Assembly (NCBI RefSeq): GCF_001194135.2
Contig: NC_068998.1
Coordinates: forward strand, 37,441,222-37,480,285
DNA: 39,064 nt
Direction: 5' to 3'
Origin: Octopus bimaculoides
Lineage: Eukaryota
Shown piece by piece: positions 23,159 to 33,879 of this stretch (positions are counted from its first letter, which is position 1; every line of letters begins with the position of its first letter). The position numbers were made by a program, and so were the translations under genes. The notes beneath the pieces are model-generated. The model worked only from the letters and a program-made list of their open reading frames with translations. It had not been told where the DNA came from and did no database searches.

Positions 23159-24364
23159 TTCTCTGATACGTGTCCTTGAGAAGAAATCCCCGAACATTTT
23201 CTTCAGAAGAACGTGCATTTACATCCTGTAATATAATTGCCAGTTCTCGTATAAATGAACTCCTTACATCAACAAATGGCTGTCAGTCTTTACCTTCTTA
23301 TTCACTACAGTTTTGTTTTCCTTGCTGATGGACTATTTTACCTGAGGTGTTTAAGTTAAAGAATTCAGTCAGGCCGAGAACTAATTCCATGCTTACCTAT
23401 GCTTCACTTGCGCTAGCATCTTCCTATTCGCTATGCCTGTGTGCGTGCGTACGTCTATCTGTGTGTATGTATGTGTGAGTGTGTGTGTGTGTCAGAGAGA
23501 CGGAGAGAGAGAATATACGCACACATACACACATACATTTACACATATACATACACTTACACGTCAATACACACCATTCTTTACTTATGAGTCATGCATA
23601 TAAACCCCAAAACACCAGCCCAAACTACTGAACCATAACAGAACCAGCTCACCAAACAAGCCTTTCTTGGCTCCACAACAACTATTGGAACCTTTTGATC
23701 ATGTGACTATTATCAACCACCCACAATGTTTTTAGAGGGAAAGGAATTCTAACCCACCATCTTTTCAAAAACAGAACCATCAACCAATCACGTTGTTTTA
23801 TGTATTTTTTTTAAGTATGCAATTTTGAGCTACCATCTCTGTATAAAATAGTGGTTATTATTAAATTCCAACCAGATGTGAGACTCTACAACCAGATCCG
23901 AGAACTATAAATGTTATATTTTATTTATCTACTAATTTTTTTTTCTATTTAAAATGCTGCAACCGATTATGATTTCTGATCACAGTGAGACTAAAACTTT
24001 AGCACCAACTGATTGACAAAACAGACACGTTTTATTTTCTTGTCAAAAACTCTATTACTTGATTTGAATATATCTATGTAAGCTAATTTTTATCTTCTTA
24101 TTTTATCACCTGATCTGAATGTTTTTATGTAAACTATTTTTGACTCATCCCATTGTCAAACACGCTATCACTTGATTTGAATATATTTATGTAAATTAAT
24201 TTTTGACACCACAGAGGATACACAAAGCCACACACTTTACTTTCGAAATTTTTTTTTAAATAGGTGAAACCGGTTAAGTTAATAAAAACTTTTAAAAGAC
24301 ACCTGTCTTTTCAGATTCTTTTCCTTATATTATTACTCGTGCGGTAACTACGTACGTCGTTGTC

Positions 24365-25200
24365 TTGTTTCTGCAGAGTCCCTCTGTACATCTTATCCAA
24401 TAGTCTACATTCCTAGCTTTACAGTTTTTTGTGGGCTAACTCTACATACAATACAGTTCCTATCAGTACAGAGTGTTCTATTAAAAGGTATGATCTACCG
24501 ATTAGAGATTTGATAGTGTTAGCCGGCCTTTCTTCAACCTCAATTCTTAGCTTAAGCTTGTCTAGGGTCCTTCTAAAGCGGTTCGTCAGTTCGCCTTTAG
24601 AGTTGGTGTCGACGAACATGATACTCTAGTATTTGTGGCTATCATACTATGAGCTGGCCTTCCTTCTTTCCTTCTTAGTCCTTTCAATGGTATTCCATGA
24701 CTTGCTCCTATAGAGTGGACAAATCCCAGTCCTATCGTTACGTATGATAGTTTGAAATTTCCTCATGGCTCCTTTAAATAACTCTGATCCTTTGTCTGTG
24801 GCTGTATTCTGACAACTGAATGCAGTGGACGAAGTGTTGTGTGTATCCTTTTAACTCCGTAGAGTCATACATGCAGGACACATTTCTCATTACTTTGATA
24901 ATGTCTGCCATCAATATATTGAATTTGGCATTCTCCACGATAGCTGAGTTTCAGTGGATCGGGTATTTAAAGGCCATAGGTTTGGCATGGTGTGAATGGA
25001 GGATTTGGGTTTTATTATTCACTGTTTACAGCCAGAGTTCTGTATCTAGTACTGGTAGTCTATGGTCACGGTGTTCCGCAGGGTAGTCTATCGTGACCTT
25101 AATACTGTGGTGGATGAAGTTAACTATTTACTGGATGCTCTCCATAGTATTAGTTTCTATTTCTAGTTCAAGGTTACTCTATATAAATATATACAGTATT
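24365..25200 (-). pseudogene. Penelope-like element remnant (Neptune-type): RT C-terminus, Cys-rich linker and start of GIY-YIG
   Basis: IKVTIDYPAEHRDHRLPVLDTELW...HAKPMA...CPLYRSKSW...MFVDTNSKGEL...VEERPANTIKSL...CTDRNCIVC...NCKARNVDYWIRC, with stops and frameshifts; may extend to about 25420. Confidence 0.8.
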
Positions 25201-25446
25201 AGTGATAAGGAGAGCGGAGACTTTTCATATCTATAATCTTATTGAACAGCTATTTACAGCATTCTTTTCTGGACCTATGCGCGCTTCAACCGCATTGACT
25301 GCACACTGTTAGGTATGCATCCTGGTGTCATTGAGAGTCTAGCAACTTATTGTTAACTCGGATATCACTAAAAGACCGTTGCAGTCAGCCGGTATCTGAA
25401 ACCACCAGAATTATATTTCCCTTTAAACTCATAAATAAATAAATAA

Positions 25447-25478
<32 letters not shown>

Positions 25479-25636
25479 GGGAGAATTTACGAAAAATCCA
25501 ACAACAGACGAGGACAGGTGGTGTAAACAACAAAAGGATGTATTAGTTTAACGCTCGGGAATAGAGAAAGTCTTTAACGCTTCAAGCTACGCTCTTCAAC
25601 AGAAAGAAATAAGGAGAAAAACAAGGAGAAATATAT
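25479..25636 (-). mobile_element. Short TA-flanked repeat resembling a Penelope-type terminal repeat
   Basis: Contains a hammerhead-like motif, ends ...aaattctccc before (AT)n, and runs into a gap. Confidence 0.55.
25571..25607 (-). ncRNA. Degenerate minimal type I hammerhead ribozyme
   Basis: Minus strand TCTTT-CTGTTGA-A-GAGC-GTA-GCTT-GAAG-C-GTT-AAAGA: stem I TCTTT/AAAGA, stem II GAGC/GCTT; the core differs from CUGANGA and GAAA at one base each. Confidence 0.55.
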
Positions 25637-25937
25637 NNNNNNNNNNNNNNNNNNNNNNNNNNNNNNNNNNNNNNNNNNNNNNNNNNNNNNNNNNNNNNNN
25701 NNNNNNNNNNNNNNNNNNNNNNNNNNNNNNNNNNNNNNNNNNNNNNNNNNNNNNNNNNNNNNNNNNNNNNNNNNNNNNNNNNNNNNNNNNNNNNNNNNNN
25801 NNNNNNNNNNNNNNNNNNNNNNNNNNNNNNNNNNNNNNNNNNNNNNNNNNNNNNNNNNNNNNNNNNNNNNNNNNNNNNNNNNNNNNNNNTATATATATAT
25901 ACACATACATACATACATACATACATACATACATACA

Positions 25938-25969
<32 letters not shown>

Positions 25970-26481
25970 CAATATAGAGAATTGGTTTTCCCATACGGCT
26001 TCCTAGTAATTGCAGATCACATGTGCAGAAAACGATGTGCCTCGAAATAGGTAACTAGGTAGGTTATAGAAGCAAAATAACGCCATTCTCACCCTAAATT
26101 TTGTGAAAGAGTTGTTGTCGCTTATCCTTTAAGCATGTGCATACGAACGTACGTGTGTTTGTGCCTGTGTGTGTGTATGCATGTACGTATGTGTGCGTGT
26201 ATGTGTGTGTGTGTGAGGACACGTGCGTTGTGCATATTTAGATGCTTATATGCACACACACACACAAACGCATACATATATAAAAATGCACATATAAAAA
26301 AACATACAAATATTAATCCATACGACTAATACCAGTAGTACTTTAAGAATACATGGAAGTGTTTTCTATTATGAAACCTTTAAGAAGAAGCGGGAACTAG
26401 GGAATATAACACCAGGATGAAGAAAATATCATCCTCAGAACTTTCTACCAGAGATAAAGTTACTAAGGAATAAACACCATT

Positions 26482-26775
26482 CTAAATGTAAAATTGCAAG
26501 TATTGATGCAATTGGAAACTGGCGAACATCAGACGTTTGTGGTTAAGTCTTTAAACTTAGCCAGAGCAACGATAAGAAGCATTATGAAAAATGAGAACGA
26601 AATAAAATTTTCTGCCGCTGTGATCAGCAAAAACAGTGACTTGTTCAAAGAGTAAATTTTGGGAATAATTGGAAAATATGCCTTCTGTATGAGTGGAAGA
26701 CGAAACCCAACGTGAAATGCCGTTAATCCGACTTGTTATATAATGGAAAAAAGATACATCTTCAGACATACAGAA
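26482..26775 (+). pseudogene. pogo/Tigger-type transposase N-terminus (CENP-B HTH), degenerate
   Basis: NVKLQVLMQLETGEHQTFVVKSLNLARATIRSIMKNENEIK, then after a frameshift LLYEW.EDETQREMPLIRLVI*. Confidence 0.7.
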
Positions 26776-27299
26776 GAAAGAAGAAAAAAAAAAGATAATT
26801 AAAATGAATTCGTAGCTAGTAGAGGTTATGTTTATAGAGTCAAAGGACGGCATAACCTACAAAGCATCTGTTACGAATACAGATATCTATATATGTATGC
26901 GCTCATGCGCATATATACATACATATACATATACATATATGTATGAATATATGTAAGTATATATACAAATGTGTATGATGAAATGTACGACTATGTTAGC
27001 GTTTTATCTTTTTTTTATTTTGCATATTGCATATATTCTCATTAGCTTTCTACAATTGCTTTGGAACAGTAGGATTCCTAAATCTGTATACGATGTTTCT
27101 AGAACTTCATAGCCTCATTATCAGGAATTGAACTGAATACATTTCGTGATTCTATTGGTTCCTATATGCTGATCGAATTCATGTTGATTTTCTTGACAAA
27201 GGTTTATCGACCGTTAATATCATGCTTGAGCAGTTACGTATTGACGTGTTTGACGCGGTCAGATGTTGACCGTTAGGTTTCTTTCCTTTTTTTAATGTC

Positions 27300-27620
27300 A
27301 GTAACCAAATGTTAATTTTTTGGTGTGCGTATTGCGTGTTAATTTCGGAATTGTATTGCCATATGAATATAGCTTCCATAATTAGTCTTCAATTTTTGTG
27401 AGGAATTTTATAAATTATGTATTTTCTTGCATTTTTCTATCAACTTTGTTCTATTGTGTGTGGCGTAATGTTATGCAATAGATGTTTCTTGGAAGTGCAT
27501 TATGAACCTGCCTGAGAATGTTGTACTTGTCAGTCCAATGTAAAACCTATTGACCTGAAGTTTACAACATTCAGTTTCGCATCCAAGTTTATAGATCACA
27601 TAGGCCATCCACACTAAGTT
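27300..27620 (-). pseudogene. Penelope-like GIY-YIG endonuclease remnant
   Basis: YVIYKLGCETECC...FYIGLTSTTFSGRFIMH...SIA*HYATH...LIMEAIFI...EINTQ: VIY-YIG, Arg, His, Glu and Asn motifs in the expected order. Confidence 0.75.
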
Positions 27621-27709
27621 CTTGGGCTCACATGTATATATATGTATATATATGTGTGTGTGTGTATGCATATATATATATATATATATATACATATGCA
27701 TAAAAATAT

Positions 27710-27742
<33 letters not shown>

Positions 27743-28563
27743 NNNNNNNNNNNNNNNNNNNNNNNNNNNNNNNNNNNNNNNNNNNNNNNNNNNNNNNNNN
27801 NNNNNNNNNNNNNNNNNNNNNNNNNNNNNNNNNNNNNNNNNNNNNNNNNNNNNNNNNNNNNNNNNNNNNNNNNNNNNNNNNNNNNNNNNNNNNNNNNNNN
27901 NNNNNNNNNNNNNNNNNNNNNNNNNNNNNNNNNNNNNNNNNNNNNNNNNNNNNNNNNNNNNNNNNNNNNNNNNNNNNNNNNNNNNNNNNNNNNNNNNNNN
28001 NNNNNNNNNNNNNNNNNNNNNNNNNNNNNNNNNNNNNNNNNNNNNNNNNNNNNNNNNNNNNNNNNNNNNNNNNNNNNNNNNNNNNNNNNNNNNNNNNNNN
28101 NNNNNNNNNNNNNNNNNNNNNNNNNNNNNNNNNNNNNNNNNNNNNNNNNNNNNNNNNNNNNNNNNNNNNNNNNNNNNNNNNNNNNNNNNNNNNNNNNNNN
28201 NNNNNNNNNNNNNNNNNNNNNNNNNNNNNNNNNNNNNNNNNNNNNNNNNNNNNNNNNNNNNNNNNNNNNNNNNNNNNNNNNNNNNNNNNNNNNNNNNNNN
28301 NNNNNNNNNNNNNNNNNNNNNNNNNNNNNNNNNNNNNNNNNNNNNNNNNNNNNNNNNNNNNNNNNNNNNNNNNNNNNNNNNNNNNNNNNNNNNNNNNNNN
28401 NNNNNNNNNNNNNNNNNNNNNNNNGTAGAGAATTGATGTGGAGGTCGAGAAAGAAGGAAAGACTATAAGAAACACACATTCGAGAGGAAGAAAAAAATAA
28501 GCTCTAACATTCAGACACGGTATAAGGTACGATCACAGATACAGTATAAATATATATGCACGT

Positions 28564-28605
<42 letters not shown>

Positions 28606-28933
28606 CACACACACACACGCACACACACACGCACACACAAACAAACGTATACGTACAGATGCGCATACACACACACACACATAAGTACAGATACACGGGC
28701 ATACGTAGACACACACACACATATTTTTTATAGAGATAGAAGCGCTATATATCATCCGACGTGAACAGAATTATATATCAATTATGGCCGATCTTACCAA
28801 TCGCTTCCCAACTAGAGATTCCACGGATTGTTAAGTAACAATCTGATTATGTAGCTTTGCGCTCATTAGAATATATATGTGTGTGTGTGTGTGTGTGAGT
28901 GTGTGTGTGTGTGTGTGTGCGTGTGTGTATGTA

Positions 28934-28976
<43 letters not shown>

Positions 28977-29000
28977 ATTTACGCATCACAAATACATATA

Positions 29001-29216
29001 TGAGGGAGTGCTGAAAAGTTCCTGGCTTTGGGTAAAAGAAAATACAAGATGAACAGTTAATTATGATTTTATTCAACATATTCCCCTCTCAGATTCACAC
29101 ATTTATAGCAAGTCCTTCAATTTTTCTAAGCTCTGTGAGAAAACTCGGAATGTTGGTTCCTCCAACCAGGCCTTTCGCGACACACTTAAAATCAGGGACT
29201 TTTCAGCACGCCCTCG
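29001..29216. mobile_element. Mariner-type MITE
   Basis: TIRs tgagggagtgctgaaaagttcctggcttt and (reverse complement) cgagggcgtgctgaaaagtccctgatttt; left flank TA, right flank TG; no ORF. Confidence 0.85.
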
Positions 29217-29969
29217 TGCCTATAAGAGGTATACATATGTATGTACATATAAATACACAAACACATGCATACGCACACCTACATATATTAATATGCACAT
29301 ACAAATATGTTTGGATATGCACACACACGTATAGACATAGTCATGCATTAACACGCGCACCAGCTCAATTTTGATGTGCGTATATTTATATACACATGTG
29401 AAGTTACATATGTGCACGTACATGCGTACAGACATGTAAAGCATGTCGACTTACAAGTTATTTACATGTAGACGTAGAAAATTACATAATCAACTAAGTT
29501 AAAGAGTAAAGACTAGAAATTATAGAATTATAAAATAAAGAATAGGGGCTGGCGTGGCTGTGTGGTAAGAAACTCGCTTCCCTTTGCTACCGCGCATGCG
29601 TTATTGTCAGTCTTTTTCGTAGTACTGAAAGAAGTAACCACGCTGGTTTGCAGCGTGGCGAACCAAGTGAAACTCAAGGTAAGATTTTTGTATTTTGGGT
29701 CCAGTGGGGGTACCAGTCACTGTGTTCCGGTTTCGATTTGGATTACCAATAGGCCTAGATTACCTAGTGGGCGGAGAATTTGTGTCTGTTGTGTTTTTTG
29801 AACTGTTGAAGTGTTTTCTTTCTTTCTTTCTTTCTTCAATCTTTTTTTGTGACTTTCTTTTTTTTTTGAAATTTTTTTCTTGAACTGTTTTCTGTCTTTT
29901 TCTTCCTTCTTTTGAACTTTTTGCCAAGAACTGTTTGGACCTTCTGTTGAACTTTTTCTTACAAAAAAC

Positions 29970-31482
29970 ATGACGAAGAAACAGGATATTGTTTTGGAGT
30001 AGAAGATTGTCCCACCCAAGGAGTGGGTGAAGGACTTAGAAGAGAGGATGGTGGTGTTGAGGACATACTCCAACCTACTCGACACCATCACCCTCTTGCA
30101 AAAAATCGACATAGAGCGAGAGTTAGCGAAGAATATACCAACTATAAAATTTTTTTCCAGGGATGGAAAATATGCGACGGTGTTATTTCTTTACTACCCA
30201 CAAGGGGCTACACACAGAGGGGACAAACAAGGACAGACAAACGGATTAAGTCGATTATACCGACCCCGGTGCGTAACTGGTACTTATTTAATCGACCCCG
30301 AAAGGATGAAAGGCAGAGTCGACCTCGGCGGAATTTGAACTCAGAACGTAGCGGCAGACGAAATACCGCTAAGCATTTCGTCCGGCGTGCTAACGATTCT
30401 GCCAGCTCGCCGCCTTGACGGTGTGGTTGTTATTTGACACTCCTGAGGAGGCTCGCAATTTTGCAAGTCAACCCTTAGAAGGCGAAGAAATATTGTATCT
30501 TCCCACNNNNNNNNNNNNNNNNNNNNNNNNNNNNNNNNNNNNNNNNNNNNNNNNNNNNNNNNNNNNNNNNNNNNNNNNNNNNNNNNNNNNNNNNNNNNNN
30601 NNNNNNNNNNNNNNNNNNNNNNNNNNNNNNNNNNNNNNNNNNNNNNNNNNNNNNNNNNNNNNNNNNNNNNNNNNNNNNNNNNNNNNNNNNNNNNNNNNNN
30701 NNNNNNNNNNNNNNNNNNNNNNNNNNNNNNNNNNNNNNNNNNNNNNNNNNNNNNNNNNNNNNNNNNNNNNNNNNNNNNNNNNNNNNNNNNNNNNNNNNNN
30801 NNNNNNNNNNNNNNNNNNNNNNNNNNNNNNNNNNNNNNNNNNNNNNNNNNNNNNNNNNNNNNNNNNNNNNNNNNNNNNNNNNNNNNNNNNNNNNNNNNNN
30901 NNNNNNNNNNNNNNNNNNNNNNNNNNNNNNNNNNNNNNNNNNNNNNNNNNNNNNNNNNNNNNNNNNNNNNNNNNNNNNNNNNNNNNNNNNNNNNNNNNNN
31001 NNNNNNNNNNNNNCAATGAGTGCTCACCGAAAGATCCTTGGGATGAGGGAGAGGAGGGGAAGTGAATCTCTCGGTCACGGAGGAGACGCACTCTTCCTCA
31101 GTTGAGAAGAAAAATGAGGAGGAGGAAGAGAAACGGGACATTGCCGGCAGTCGGTGACATAGTACCGGAATGTTCCGGAACTTCGTCGGTGGTGATTGTG
31201 CCGCCGGCGAAGGAAGAGTCACCGTCGGTAAGAATTTTGCCGCCGACGGTAGAAGTGACTACCTCGTCCTCGGAGGAAGACGAATTATTGGTCTTCTTCT
31301 ACAGAAGTGGGGAGGTGGAGAAGGTGTTGGAAAAGCACCATAAGGGAGTAACTTTGACTTACACACGGGATCCCGAATGGCCTCCGCAGATAGCTGTGGA
31401 AGTCATAACATTGCCCGTGTTGCGTAGGCTGGAGGGGCTCAATGAGGAATATCGCTTGTGGTCGGGCGACGCCGACACGTGA
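29970..31482 (+). pseudogene. ORF1-like (gag-like) coding region of the inserted element, disrupted
   Basis: ATG 29970 and premature TAG 30000. Removing the SINE restores the frame ...KFFSRDGKYATVWLLFDTPEEARNFASQPLEGEEILYLP (RRM-like spacing). After the gap come an acidic/Pro-rich region and LLVFFYRSGEVEKVL...*. Confidence 0.55.
30184..30416 (-). mobile_element. SINE family 2 (long tail), full length, 8-bp TSD
   Basis: Intact head ggcggcgagctggcagaatcgttagcacgccggacg; GACGGTGT at 30176-30183 and 30417-30424. Confidence 0.93.
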
Positions 31483-32861
31483 GCTGCTGTGAACTTGAAT
31501 GAAGCGTGAGTGATGTGGTCACAAGCGATGCTGGGGAAGAATATGGATAAGAGGTTGAAAAGCCTCGGTGTTATGAATTGATGAGGAGTTTGAAACTTTA
31601 TCCTGTTTAACAAAGTACGAGGCGTAATGCCTCCTTTTTGTATCAATGAACATTATGAACAGTTGTAAGAGGTTTGTTGCCTCATGCATGAAATATAAGA
31701 GAACAATGTTTTCGGGAAACAAACGATCGGCGGGCGTTGCTTGTTTCCCCCATTAATCATCATTTTCACTTTTCATCTCATATAACATTATGTCTGTGTC
31801 CAGCCCGCAGCTTCCTTTTTCTCTGTGTAAGGCCTTTATGGCCAATTTAATGAAAGAAAGAAGCTTGCTTCCCGACCACATGGTTCCCTGTTCACTCCCA
31901 CTGCGTGGCACCTTAGGAAAGTGTCTTCTACTATAGTATCGGACTGACCAAAGCTTTGTGAGTGGATTTGGTAGACGGAAACTGAAAGAAGCCAGTCTTT
32001 ACCAAGTAGTTCGGTATGGAAAAAAAAACATTATCGGTAAAGACTTACACAAAACGTTTCTTTATAATTATAAACATAATTAAGGGATTAGCAAAAGTTG
32101 CTACACCACATACTGAAATTTAGAAATAGCAGTTAAAATACTAATTCTTCTACTACAATATATCTCCACAGATAGCAATACTTGCAACCACTATAGACAA
32201 AAAAGAAGAAAAAGTAACGAAACCAACCAGCCTTAGTTATTCATGTACGCGTTTCAGGATTAGAATGGTATAAAATTTATTTCCTTCTTCAGCATGATAT
32301 TCTAGATTATAAATTTGAAAATGCTGACAAAAACGATGCATGCTCGTTCAGGCGACATCAAACATCACATAAGAGAAACAGCATTTCCGAATTTACATAG
32401 ACGAGTAAGTACGTGTGTATATATATATATATATATNNNNNNNNNNNNNNNNNNNNNNNNNNNNNNNNNNNNNNNNNNNNNNNNNNNNNNNNNNNNNNNN
32501 NNNNNNNNNNNNNNNNNNNNNNNNNNNNNNNNNNNNNNNNNNNNNNNNNNNNNNNNNNNNNNNNNNNNNNNNNNNNNNNNNNNNNNNNNNNNNNNNNNNN
32601 NNNNNNNNNNNNNNNNNNNNNNNNNNNNNNNNNNNNNNNNNNNNNNNNNNNNNNNNNNNNNNNNNNNNNNNNNNNNNNNNNNNNNNNNNNNNNNNNNNNN
32701 NNNNNNNNNNNNNNNNNNNNNNNNNNNNNNNNNNNNNNNNNNNNNNNNNNNNNNNNNNNNNNNNNNNNNNNNNNNNNNNNNNNNNNNNNNNNNNNNNNNN
32801 NNNNNNNNNNNNNNNNNNNNNNNNNNNNNNNNNNNNNNNNNNNNNNNNNNNNNNNNNNNNN

Positions 32862-32923
<62 letters not shown>

Positions 32924-32924
32924 G

Positions 32925-33026
32925 GGTCTTGTTTACGTCCTTATAACATAGCGGTTTGGCAAATAAAGCGACAAAATAAGTACCAAGCTTTAAAACTAAA
33001 ATACTGGGTCGATTCATTCGACTAAA
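32925..33026 (+). mobile_element. SINE family 1, 3' fragment
   Basis: gtttacgtcc..taacatagcggtttggcaa...aataagtacc...gggtcgattcattcgactaaa. Confidence 0.7.
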
Positions 33027-33039
33027 TTTGTGCCAAAAA

Positions 33040-33232
33040 ATTTTAGCACAAAGCCAGCAAGTTCTACGGGTGGGAATATTGATTACATCGATCCCAGTAC
33101 TCAACTGGTACTTATCGACCTTGAAAGGTAAAGTCGACCGCCACGGAATTTGAACTCATAATGTAAACAATGACAAAATTCCGCTACGCATTTTCCCCGG
33201 AGTACTAACAATTCTACCTGCTTGCCACCTTG
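33040..33232 (-). mobile_element. SINE family 2 (short tail), diverged
   Basis: Reverse complement has head ggtggcaagcaggtagaattgttagtac and core ttatgagttcaaattccg...gtcgact. Confidence 0.75.
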
Positions 33233-33879
33233 TATTCAGGTTAATTTATTAAGGACTGTATTCGGGGTTAATATGTTTGAAAACAAAACAAAAAAACATA
33301 AGAATACATCTGGAATAAAATTTTCGAGATAAAAACGTGAAATGATAATTTTTCCACAAATATTTAAAGAATGAAGAAATAAAATATTATGTTTCACCAA
33401 CAAAACTGTTGGATGAAATCACAAGACTAACACTACACTAATAGATTAATGTTCTAGTGAGAGATAGTGAATAGCGAGTTACGTTTTCCTTCCATTTTGG
33501 ATTCTTTTGTTTTAATATAAATATATTATTGTTTTAAAATAAAAATGTGACTTTTGTAAATATATGGGCGTTTTGAAATAAAATGTACGATATTCATAAT
33601 ATATAGTTCTTTTAATTTTTCCTTTATATAAAAATATGGCTGTTTAAAAATACAATCTGGAAATTCTTTTATATATTTAATGTATAGTTTTATATAACTA
33701 GATAATAGTTTTGAAAGAACATTCGGCAGTAATCGTTGATTTTTGCAGTGAAAACAGATTAGAATAATAGATTAAATAGTTAATTATCCCACACACTTAT
33801 TTCATATCTTGGCTCAACGAGCAAAGATTCAGAAAAATAGCTGTTCACGTCAGTTACAAGCTTAGTAGAGACTGGCCAA

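Larger units (their letters stand above)
29583..31857 (+). mobile_element. Putative non-autonomous ORF1-only non-LTR retroelement (L1/Tx1-like, HAL1-type organisation)
   Basis: 16-bp TSD (29567-29582 versus 31858-31873, 14/16 identical); about 390-bp 5' UTR; one ORF; about 375-bp 3' region ending in (GAAA)n; no endonuclease or RT motifs seen. Confidence 0.65.
29546..31995 (+). mobile_element. SINE family 1 copy split by a 2.3-kb insertion (halves 29546-29582 and 31858-31995)
   Basis: ggcgtggctgtgtggtaagaaactcgcttccc continues as aagaagcttgcttcccgaccacatggttccc...gtgagtggatttggtagacggaaactgaaagaagcc. Confidence 0.88.

Noticed and set aside
27085-27130. Second hammerhead candidate downstream of the GIY-YIG remnant (minus: ctgataatgagg…gaaacatcgta)
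   Set aside because: Core is mutated and I could not build convincing stems I and II.
29717-30418. ORFs 29717-30112 (-) and 30023-30418 (+)
   Set aside because: One is the antisense of the T-rich UTR and the other is read-through into the antisense SINE; the coherent frame is the one starting at 29970.
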